A stretch of 15,999 nucleotides of DNA from contig JAQGDQ010002069.1 in assembly GCA_030141605.1 (NCBI GenBank), positions 1 to 15,999 on the forward strand, in the 5' to 3' direction. The notes beneath the pieces are model-generated. The model worked only from the letters and a program-made list of their open reading frames with translations. It was not told the origin of the DNA and searched no databases. This document shows positions 1-11,400 of the stretch, piece after piece (within the stretch, counting starts at the first letter, position 1; each line of letters begins with the position of its first letter). A program made the position numbers and the translations under genes. Origin of the DNA: Tubiluchus corallicola (taxonomy: Eukaryota > Animalia > Priapulida).

Positions 1-30
1 AGACAATACCAAGACTAAGATCTATAATAA

Positions 31-531
31 TGAACACTGACATTATATTTATGTGAACACTGACATTATATTTACGTGAACACTGACATTATATTAACGT
101 GAACACTGACATTATATTTATGTGAACACTGACATTATATTTACGTGAACACTGACATTATATTAATGTGAACACTGACATTATATTAATGTGAACACTG
201 ACATTATATTTACGTGAACACTGACATTATGTTTACGTGAACACTGACATTATATTTATGTGAACACTGACATTACATTTATGTGAACACTGACATTATA
301 TTTATGTGAAAACCGACATTATATTGATGTGAACACTGACATTATATTGATGTGAACACTGACAATATATTTATGTGAAACTGACATTATATTTACATGA
401 ACACTGACATTATATTAATGCGAACACTGACATTATATTAATGCGAACACTGACATTATATTTACATGAACCCTGACATTATATTAACGTGGACACTGAC
501 ATTATATTTACGGGAACACTGACATTATATT
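31..531. repeat. 23 bp minisatellite, about 22 copies (TGAACACTGACATTATATTTATG)
   Basis: Direct periodicity of 23 (for example 31, 54). Confidence 0.95.
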
Positions 532-1889
532 GCCAAGCTAAAATGTCACACTGTCCTCTACATGAGTAACTAAACCGCACAGTAACACACCCTGCCAGCT
601 CAGTGCCTCCATTTAAAAGATTATTCTTGTATATTGACCGAAATTCTTGTCTAACCACTGTCTTCGAAATCAGAATTGTAAATTTAATTGTTTAAAATGA
701 TTTTGCGTCGTGTCACTGAAGTGGAAAAGTATTTATGACGCAGTATAAACACTTTGCAGTTAACATTACAATGTAAAATGAAACGCAAGTGTTTTTACAA
801 TGGAGCCTAAATTCAAGCCAACAGTGACAAAAATGTTAATTATTTCTTACTGTCTTCCTACTTTGCTGAATAGGTGTGAAATTGGTGACATTTCATCTAT
901 AGATGTGACTGTAATTGGAGAAAATTGGAATTCTGCGTATAGAAAAATATTTGACTTTAACCATGATGAGAATGACAAATTGGAAAAAACTCTGAAATAG
1001 GCTGGAGGTTTTGGGGCCGCAATGGGGTTGAAATTGCAATTTTGTGACCATAGAGAGCCTCTACGTGGACTTAAAATATCAATTACCTTGTTTTATGCAT
1101 AATTTAAAATACCCAACTATCAAGGATACATGATACCTAATTGTCTCAAAAATGCCTAAGTACTGGCAGCTCCTATGCAAAAGTATATAAAAACTGTCTG
1201 CAATTGACTCAAATAACTCCACACAATTGATTCTATATTTTTATACATAGAGATGTACACGTGGTTACACTGATGTACGTGATGTAAACAAAGTGACGGC
1301 CTGCCAACTAGCGGCCAGCTTGTGAAATAATGTACTGGGTCCGTAAAAACTTTCTCAACGAATTTACACAATTTACAAAAATGGCACTACTGGTCTTCCA
1401 AAAACTCGGAATTCCACGTATCCGCGGAAAATTCTCATCCCTGCTTTAAACAAAAATCAAAGTGCAAAACTACTTATGTATTATTGTGGTACCATGTCAG
1501 CAAATTTACTGACTCACAGACGCATTCTGAGATTTTCAAGAAGAATTCAAAATTTCGAATCACTTCTTACACCAAAAATGTTGTATTTGTGTTGCTTGCA
1601 TAGCAAAATCGTCCAGAAGTTGTTAATTGTTAATAATAATAATAGTAATAATAATTATACTTACTGATTTACTTTCCTGTAAATTTACTAACAAATTATC
1701 TGGACAAGGGAGAAACACGTCTGAAAAGCAAAAACAATTCATAGCAAACATTTTTCTAACACACCAACATGTTACACAGTTAATGAAAATAAAAAAAACA
1801 ACGGATCATAAACACATTTTTAAATATTTTTGTGCATGAAAAATTTTCTTCCTATAAAATGAAGAGACTAAAACAATGAAAGCTGCTGC

Positions 1890-2383
1890 TTTATTGCATG
1901 GGGGGCCCTGGGGGCGGGGCAAGCCAGCCCAACTCAGTGCCGGTCCCAAGCTTGGATAAATAGGGAGGGTTAGGGTCGGGAAGGGCATCCGACTGTAAAA
2001 CCTGCGCCAAAACCTTCTATGAATGAGTCGGTGAGACTTAAAGGGAAAGTCCACAAAGAAGTGGTCAGACCAGCTCTAATCTATGGGGTGGAAGCAGCTT
2101 CTCTAAAGAAGACCGAAGAGAAGAAAATGGGTGTGGTGGAGATGAGGATGTTGAGATGAATGGTGGGAATAACAAGAAGAGATAGAATTAGAAATAATAT
2201 TATCAGAGGAACAATAAAAGTAGTGGAAGCCTCGCAAGATTGCGATGGTACGGACACCTGAAAAGAAGAGTCGGTGAAGATCATGTGGGAAGGGAAGACA
2301 TAAATGAAGAGATGGTCAACAACAGGAATGCATGGAGAAGACTCATTCACAACGGCGACCCTGAATAGGGAAAAGCTGGGAAG
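1890..2383 (+). mobile_element. Internally deleted, degenerate RTE-clade non-LTR retrotransposon (5' region joined to ORF 3' end and 3' UTR), antisense to the gene
   Basis: About 2034-2270 translates [58 protein letters not shown]...RLRWYGHLKRR, typical of the RTE post-RT C-terminus, with a stop and a frameshift. RTE-like 5' motif (GAGGGTT...GGAAGGGCATCCG..GTAAAAC) and 3' end (GGCGACCC...GGGAAAAGC). Boundaries approximate. Confidence 0.85.
1939..2008 (+). ncRNA. Twister-ribozyme-like motif in the RTE 5' region (possibly degenerate)
   Basis: GCCGGTCCCAAGCTTGGATAAATAGGGAGGG closely resembles the conserved twister core GCCGGUCCCAAGCCCGGAUAAA(N)GAGGG; followed by a GTCGG/CCGAC stem and TAAAACCTGC. 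Confidence 0.6.
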
Positions 2384-2637
2384 TTAAAGATATCCGCTAT
2401 TGCTGCTAAAACACATGACTGGTTATGCACTGAATATAACGGAAGTGGTGCTGACAAGCCACTGACGTAGCAGTGTCTAGCTTCTTGCTGGATTACTGCT
2501 GTGTTTACCTGTCTGAAGGCAGATTTCTTTTATTTTAGAATTCTGCCTGCCCAATGTCTACAACAGACGTGACGGGTGTATGATGATGATGATGATATGC
2601 GCCGAAGGGAGAGTGCTTCGCTGGACAGTGTGAAAAC

Positions 2638-3743
2638 TTGGTTGAAACAAGTCAAGGTCTACATTGTAGAAATGAGGGTGAAGATTTCCTCTATTGCTGC
2701 TAAACTTACCATCAATATCACTGACTAGTAGCATCTGAGGTTGAGACAAGTCAGGGTCTAAGTTGTAGAAATGAAGTGAACGATCGTAAGTGAAGATCTC
2801 CACTATTGCTGCTAAACTTACCATCAATATCACCGACTAGTAGCATCTGAGGTTGAGACAAGTCAGGGTCTAAGTTGTAGAAATGAAGTGAACGATCGTA
2901 AGTGAAGATCTCCACTATTGCTGCTGAACTTACCATCAATATCACTGACTAGCAGCATCTGAGGTTGAGACAAGTCAGGGTCTAAGTTGTAGAAATGAAG
3001 TGACCGATCATAAGTGAAGATCTCCACTATTGCTGCTGAACCTACCATCAATATCACTGACTAGTAGCATCTGAGGTTGAGACAAGTCAGGGTCTAAGTT
3101 GTAGAAATGAAGTGACCGATCGTAAGTGAAGATCTCCACTATTGCTGCTGAACCTACCATCAATATCACTGACTAGCAGCATCTGAGGTTGAGACAAGTC
3201 AGGGTCTAAATTGTAGAAATGAAGTGACCGATCGTAAGTGAAGATCTCCACTACTGCTGCTAAACTTACCATCAATATCACCGACTAGTAGCATCTGAGG
3301 TTGAGACAAGTCAGGGTCTAAATTGTAGAAATGAAGTGAACACAAAAACCCACACCAACACCACAAACACACAACACAAACAACACAAAAAAAAAACGAT
3401 CGTAAGTGAAGATCTCCACTACTGCTGCTAAACTTACCATCAATATCACCGACTAGTAGCATCTGAGGTTGAGACAAGTCAGGGTCTAAATTGTAGAAAT
3501 GAAGTGAACGATCGTAAGTGAAGATCTCCACTATTGCTGCTGAACTTACCATCAATATCACTGACTAGCAGCATCTGAGGTTGAGACAAGTCAGGATCTA
3601 AATTGTAGAAATGAAGTGACCGATCGTAAGTGAAGATCTTCACTACTGCTGCTAAACTTACCATCAATATCACTGACTAGTAGCATCTGAGGTTGAGACA
3701 AGTCAGGATCTAAATTGTAGAAATGAAGTGACCGATCATAAGT
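2638..3743 (-). repeat. 112 bp tandem array of the exon 3' end (82 nt) plus splice donor/intron (30 nt): 9 full units including the real exon, plus a degenerate terminal piece
   Basis: Donor pentamers (CTTAC/CCTAC on +) start at 3657, 3545, 3433, 3265, 3153, 3041, 2929, 2817 and 2705. Spacing is 112 except one 168 gap caused by a 56 nt insert. Confidence 0.97.
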
Positions 3744-3826
3744 AATGAAACCAATCTGCATTCGTCCATCTCCTGGCATGTTATCCAATTCATCTAGTAA
3801 TGTGTCACAGAACAGCTGCAAATAAC
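3662..3826 (-). CDS. Sec24AB: Sec24A/B exon, trunk domain (165 nt, phase 1-1)
   Basis: tttgttgcAG acceptor and GTAAGT donor; [55 protein letters not shown]. Both junctions sit inside tandem arrays. Confidence 0.92.
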
Positions 3827-6800
3827 CTGCAACAAACAACAGCTGCAAATAACGTGCAACAAACAACAGCTGCAAATAACGTGCAACAAATAACAGCTGC
3901 AAATAACGTGCAACAAATAACAGCTGTAAATAACCTGCAACAAATAACAGCTGTAAATAACGTGCAACAAACAACAGCTGCAAATGTGCAACAAGCAACA
4001 GCTGTAAATAACGTGCAATAAATAACAGCTGTAAATAATGTGCAATTAATAACAGCTGTAAATAATGTGCAATAAATAACAGCTGTAAATAATGTGCAAC
4101 AAATAACAGCTGTAAATAATGTGCAATAAATAACAGCTGTAAATAATGTGCAATAAATAACAGCTGTAAATAATGTGCAATAAACAACAGCTGTAAATAA
4201 TGTGCAACAAATAACAGCTGTAAATAATGTGCAACAAATAACAGCTGTAAATAATGTGCAATAAATAACAGCTGTAAATAATGTGCAATAAATAACAGCT
4301 GTAAATAATGTGCAATAAATAACAGCTGTAAATAATGTGCAATAAACAACAGCTGTAAATAACGTGCAACAAACAACAGCTGCAAATGTGCAACAAGCAA
4401 CAGCTGTAAATAACGTGCAATAAATAACAGCTGTAAATAATGTGCAATAAATAACAGCTGTAAATAATGTGCAATAAATAACAGCTGTAAATAATGTGCA
4501 ACAAATAACAGCTGTAAATAATGTGCAATAAATAACAGCTGTAAATAATGTGCAATAAATAGCAGCTGTAAATAATGTGCAATAAACAACAGCTGTAAAT
4601 AATGTGCAACAAATAACAGCTGTAAATAATGTGCAATAAATAACAGCTGTAAATAATGTGCAATAAACAACAGCTGTAAATAATGTGCAACAAATTACAG
4701 CTGTAAATAACGTGCAACAAATAACAGCTGTAAATAATGTGCAATAAACAACAGCTGTAAATAATGTGCAACAAATAACAGCTGTAAATAATGTGCAATA
4801 AACAACAGCTGTAAATAACGTGCAACAAATTACAGCTGTAAATAACGTGCAACAAATAACAGCTGTAAATAATGTGCAATAAGCAAAATAACAGTTGCAA
4901 TGAAAGGAAAAATGAAATAACAGCTGCAATGAAAGGAAAAATGAAATAACAGTTGCAATGAATGGAAAAATGAAATAACAGCTGCAATGAAAGGAAAAAT
5001 GAAATAACAGTTGCAATGAATGGAAAAATGAAATAACAGCTGCAATGAATGGAAAAATGAAATAGCAGCTGCAACGAAAGGAAAAATGAAATAACAGTTG
5101 CAATGAATGGAAAAATGAAATAACAGCTGCAATGAAAAGAAAAATGAAATAAAAGCTGCAATGAATGGAAAAATGAAATAACAGCTGCAATGAATGGAAA
5201 AATGAAATAACAACTGCAACGAAAGGAAAAATGAAATAAAAGCTGCAATGAATGGAAAAATGAAATAACAACTGCAACGAAAGGAAAAATGAAATAAAAG
5301 CTGCAATGAATGGAAAAATGAAATAACAGCTAAAATGAAAGGAAAAATAAAATAACAGCTGCAACGAATGGAAAAATGAAATAACAGCTGCAACGAATGG
5401 AAAAATGAAATAACACCTGCAACAAATAAAATAATAAAATAAATAAAACTTTTCTTTACGGAGAGACACAAACTTATTACCTAGTTAATTTATAGATAAT
5501 TGGCTTGTATAAGATATGACTAATATAAGTCATGGCTTGTATAAGTTATGACTAATGGAAGTTATGGCTTGTATAAGTTATGACTAATATAAGTTAAGAC
5601 TTGTATAAGTTATGACTAATATAAGTTATGACTAATATAAGTTATGGCTTGTAAAAGTTATGGCTTGTATATGTTATGACTAATATAAGTTATGGCTTGC
5701 ATCAGTTATGACTAATATAAGTTATGGCTTGTATAAGTTATGACTAATATAAGTTATGGCTTGTTTAGTTATTACTAATATAAGTTATGAATTGTATAAG
5801 TTATGACTAATACAAGTTATGACTAATATAAGTTATGACTAATATAAGTTACAAGGAATTTAAGTTACGACTAATTTAATCTGATCAAAGCTCTTACCCG
5901 ATTCCACTGCAGAAAATGAAACATCCAGGAGGAACAAATAGACGGCCGGTTGAGGGGGACGCAGCTGAAACAGATGAAAACTCTTTATTAAGTAATCAAT
6001 TAATGTGCCGTATTTGTGCAAAATAGTATAGAAACACTCACACTTACAGGAAATCCTGCTCCAATGTTAAACTAAACCTCAGTACAATCTAATATGTAGA
6101 ATAATGAAACTGGAACAAAGTCTCTTGAAGAATATCTAACGTAAAAGAATTATACAGCACACAGCAATTTTGGCTAAGAGCAATAGCACCTGTATCTCGC
6201 GAATAGGTTGCACAAAAAACAGATGTTGTTCAGTTGTGACGTAGTGCACACATTCAAGAGCTCGTACGTGGACTTGAAGTTTGAATTTCAAACTTAAAAT
6301 TTGTCTAGTTTTTTCAAACCAGACTGAATATCTTACAGTAGCACTGTACTTCAATTTTGCTTTCGCAAACAAATTTACCACACTCATGGAATGTTTATGC
6401 TGCTGAAAATTATGTTCACCTAAGATGACATCACTAGTTAGGCTCGCCTGGCATTAACAAAGTTTCATCCTAGCATTTAATCATCAGAAAAAATGTTGTC
6501 AATGCTTTACGCGATTTCTTCTTCTTAACACACTTCAAAATTGGGCAGGACATGGAAAATCAATCAATTTGGTTTTAAAATGAATAATCAATAGAAAACT
6601 TGACAACAATCAGAACATTAATCAAAAAACTAAATATGTTTTCTATAAATTTTGTAACCATTTTGTTAATGTTATGATGTATTACAGAATGCGTATAGTG
6701 CTAAGCAATCATTCATAATGAAAGCCAGAAGCCATTATGATGAAACCCACAAAGTGCCTATAGCTAAAAATATGTGAAGAACTTGCAGAAAAGATTGCTG

Positions 6801-8105
6801 TTATTGCTGAACGTATGCCACCCACTTGCTATGTGGTGAGTTTTGTTCTGATCCCACATTTTTGCAAGATGTTTTGAATTGTACCACATGAAACAAATTT
6901 ACTTTTGAAATGACGTGATGAAGTTGGTGTTGATGCTACTCATGATGGACAGCGGCTGCGACGGCAGCAGAGGAAATGATGGCGGTTGTCAATGATGGTG
7001 GCAACAGTAATTTAACAGTAAAACGGATGGTTGCAGTAATCAGTAGTCTGAAGTAGCATCTATAGCAGCAGCAACTTTTCTTTTATAAAACATGTAGCAG
7101 TGAAGAGGAGAGCACAAACGTCAAATACAGCTGGACGACTTTGATTACTCACCATGTACTCAGAGGGCGCTATGAATTCTATTGTTGCTGATCGTATCTC
7201 TGGTCGCCTCTGCGGTTCACCGTATGTTTTACTAACCGGATCATAGCTAAATTCTTCCGGTACTGTAAGAAACATTAAAATTAGCATCAATGTATAAAAC
7301 TCACATTGAAACTAGTTTAATAGACAAGTATGATGACAAACAAGTAAGCCAACAAACAAGTACAACGATAAACAAGTTCAATAATAAACAAGTTCAGGTG
7401 ACAAACAAGTACGGTAAAAAAAGAAGCACAGTAACAAACACATACGGGCAATAACAAGTACGTGAAAAAAAGGCACTGTACCTAACAAACAAGTAAAAGG
7501 TCCAACAAGTGCAGAAACAAATAAGTACGGTGACAAAAGGTACGGTAACAAACAAGTACGAAAACCAACAAGTACACCAACAAACAACTATGTCAACAAA
7601 CAAGTATGACAATAAACAACTATGTCAGCAAAAAAGTACGACAATAAACAAGTATGTTGAAGGTAAGAAATAAATTTATCCTTTGAAACTCATGTACATC
7701 AACATAGCGCTTCCTGCGTGATAGAAAGAAAACTGGTCTATCTCAGAAATACTTGTCAAAATTGACCACTGTCACCTCTTGTTTATGCTTAGATGGGAAC
7801 CTCAGTGCTTTTTGTAATTGAGAAAACTAGACTGTATAGTGCACAGGCACATCTAAATATGTTGATACAACTTAAATGAGCAACAAAATTGCCCATGAAT
7901 AAATGAACAATTTCTAAACTTGACTCCATACTAATGAATAAACTGGAGTAGTAAGTTGAACGAAGCTATTAATTATACCGATCATTTAACTTTTAAATAC
8001 ATAGTTTTGCCAAATTTTTATCAGCGTTTTGCAATTAAATGTACAATTCAATTTTTTCTAATGTAAAATGACTGTGACTACAGTCATTATTTTTAAATAA
8101 AAGAC

Positions 8106-8195
<90 letters not shown>

Positions 8196-8205
8196 TACTA
8201 TTATT

Positions 8206-8267
<62 letters not shown>

Positions 8268-8372
8268 TACTATTACTATTACTATTATTATTACTATTAC
8301 TATTACTATTACTATTACTATTACTATTACTATTACTATTACTATTACTATTACTATTACTATCACTATCAC

Positions 8373-8429
<57 letters not shown>

Positions 8430-11400
8430 AGTTATTTGACTAATGTCATTATAAGAAAAAGATACTCTTGTTAAAATTTACAAGCAAAAAATTTTCGAGA
8501 AAAATTGTAACCGAAGTAAATTGATTCTTATACTGACACATTCATCATGTTGTCTAATTAGACTAATTAAGCATTTTACTCACATTCATTAACTCTGAAA
8601 CAGAGGTTGCACTTCCAACGGCGACTGTCCGGAAACGTAACAAACGGGTTGATATACGTCCGACACGACCTACAGCGTACTATCACACTCGACTGTATCA
8701 CCGGTAAGTTCTGAAAGTCACAATAAGTCAAGCTCTAGATGAAGAGATTTTGTGCGAAACAAGCCAACTTAAACAAATCACTAACCGTTTAACCGTTACT
8801 TAGTCAAATTTTCTACGTTATATTAGTCATACTTAGACAATACAAACATGTTGCGAACTTAGTGATACTAGTGTAGCATTTAATTTTATTCGTTGTCTAT
8901 GTTTAACAATGCACACACGAACAAAGCATCACAGGCTACATGCATATTTCTTATTACAGCAATGTAGAATGTTATGAAAGTCAAAGTCAAATCCCACTTT
9001 AAACCAAATTTATATTATAGGTTTTACATGTCAAATGTAGACCTACGTTAAGTCAAATGTAGATTTAGGTAATTCAAATGTGTCTTGGTAACTAAAATGT
9101 AGACTTAGGTAGTTCAAATGTGTCCTGGTAACTCAAATGTAGACTTGGGTAGTTCAAATGTGTTAACAATGGTTTTCAAGAAATCTTAAGCGTTTTTGGT
9201 AAGTCAAATGTAGACACATGTCAAGTCAAATGTGACATTGGTATCTCAAATGTGTATAGGTGGTAAAGTTTAAGGATGTTAAATTTAATCTTCTTTAATT
9301 TCAATTTAATAATTGCTCCTAAGTTAAAATAACAACTTTATAGGCCTACTAACAGATGCCCTGTCTTTGGTTTATTTTTTTCTAATTTGCACTTAAATAA
9401 CTTAATTACCGATTTATTCAAAGTAATGCATCTACATTTGACTTACCTAAGTCACATTTGAACTTTCTTGTGTCTACATTTGACGTGTAAAACCTATAAT
9501 GAAACTTTGTATTTTTTCTGAGTTGCATACGCAGTCGGCAATGTCCTATCTTACATAAAATTGTACTATCTACAACATTTGCTTCAATTAATCTTGTTGT
9601 CTAGGAAACAACTAGTTTTTCACTTGCGTATGTTACGAGGATGAGGAAATGTTGGACATTCTCGCTGGCGCATGCTAGATTTGAACCACACCACATACTT
9701 GTGCAAGTCATGTGTATTCGATATCAACAGTTAACCTGTTAACTGACCGCAATTAATAATGGTTAAACGGTCAGTTAAAAAACCTAACGGTCTCAACTCT
9801 AGCATCACATACAACTTCATATACATTTTTTTATTACTATTATCACATTCAGTACAATATAATGACATTAAGCACACAATGACATCAAAATTATTACATC
9901 ATACTGTATTAAATTATTATGTTTCATACACTATCGTTATCATAAAAGAATAATTGTACTGCAGTGGGCTAGAGAAGCAAAGGCTTCTATAAGCCCACTG
10001 TCATGTGAACCCGATAAAAAAAGAATGGATGAGTGAACAAAAAAAGAACTGGGAGAAAGGTTAGATCACACAGGAAGGGTAGAAGGATGTGTCAGTGGAA
10101 ATGGTAGGAAGAAAGATAATAGATTGCGCAATGTTGACATCAGCACTAAAGATTTATCAATGATGCCTTGTTTTGCATAATCTGTAATTTGCACAAACTC
10201 ACAGTTGCCAAGTGAATCATCGAAGTACTTAAGTTTTTACTTACGGTTAAATCTTTGAAAGGATGTATCAGTATTCCTAGCGGCAGCTTGGACTTGCTTA
10301 GCAAACTCTGTGTGTGAGGAATAGTGTTCATTGTGCAGCGGAATAGGCTAAAATAAAACAAATGCTTCATACGGCACCAACTGAGCAATTAGAACTAAAA
10401 TGTAATCGGTTCAGACTGCGGCGAGGGAGAATAAACTCGTTATTTTAATCAACTCATAAGTTTCAATTACTTTTCTGTAATCTAAAATAACTAACCATGT
10501 TGAAAAAAGTTGAAGAAAGATGGCAAAAAGTATTAACCAGTCAGGAATTGAACCTGAGACTTTACAACATCTGTTATTTGGCACTGTAATGTAGTTCCAA
10601 AGCAGAAACTTCGTAGTTTTAGTAACCAAATTCAAGAAAAGTAAGCGAAACAAAAATTCATAGACAGCCTAGTTAATTAATTAACAACAAATTGATAAAC
10701 TAAAAATGATAAAATTGTGAAATTCACTTTTGCTCTGTCTTCTGTAACTTACACGTTCAGCAAAATTTTAATAGCTACTATCAGTATAGCATAGTAATAA
10801 CATATTAACATATAATTACAAAGTATTTGCAGATTAAAAGTACTTAATAAGGGTCTTTAGAACATGAATAAATATAAGTTAATTAAGAGTATTTAGAATA
10901 CCAAAAAATACTTAACAAAGGTTTGTATCCAAAATATCTTCTAAGAGGGACTGCTAAGGGCCTTACTAGGGCCTTTAATATATAAACATACTAAGGACCT
11001 TACTAGGGCCTCTAATATATAAAGATACTAAGGGCCTTACTAGGGCCTTTAATATATAAAGATACTAAGGGCCTTACTAGGGACTTTAATGTATAAACAT
11101 ACTAAGGGCCTTACTAGGGCCTTTAATATATAAAGATACTAAGGGCCTTACTAGGGACTTTAATATATAAAGATACTAAGGACCTTACTAGGGACTTTAA
11201 TGTATAAACATAGTAAGGGCCTTACTAGGGCCCTTAATATATAAAGATACTAAGGGCCTTACTAGGGCCTTTAATATATAAAGATACTAAGGACCTTACT
11301 AGGGACTTTAATGTATAAACATAGTAAGGGCCTTACTAGGGCCCTTAATATATAAAGATACTAAGGGCCTTACTAGGGCCTTTAATATATAAAGATACTA

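Noticed and set aside
1405-1443. hAT-like terminus (reverse complement CAGGGATGAGAATTTTCCGCGG)
   Set aside because: No matching opposite terminus or target-site duplication found in the window.
532-1889. Next Sec24 exon (expected D-x-F-L/I-P...LLVNL) and short ORFs at 800-1839
   Set aside because: No such peptide was found by eye, so the next exon is probably left of the window. The short ORFs show no recognisable motifs.
2558-3673. Series of 64 aa ORFs (MILMVS...) as a tandem small-gene family
   Set aside because: They are frame-shifted readouts of the 112 bp exon/donor unit, with non-ATG starts and no independent gene structure.
3591-5471. Long minus-strand ORFs of 359, 554, 400 and 213 aa
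   Set aside because: They are stop-poor translations of the 27 and 29 bp arrays, open in all three frames; only 3662-3826 is real coding sequence.
8058-8372. Poly-Ile/Val ORF
   Set aside because: Translation of a microsatellite.
10538-10565. B-box-like GGTTCAATTCC on the minus strand (a weaker one near 9675-9690): tRNA or SINE
   Set aside because: No cloverleaf or clear A-box; at most a decayed tRNA-derived SINE, not supportable.
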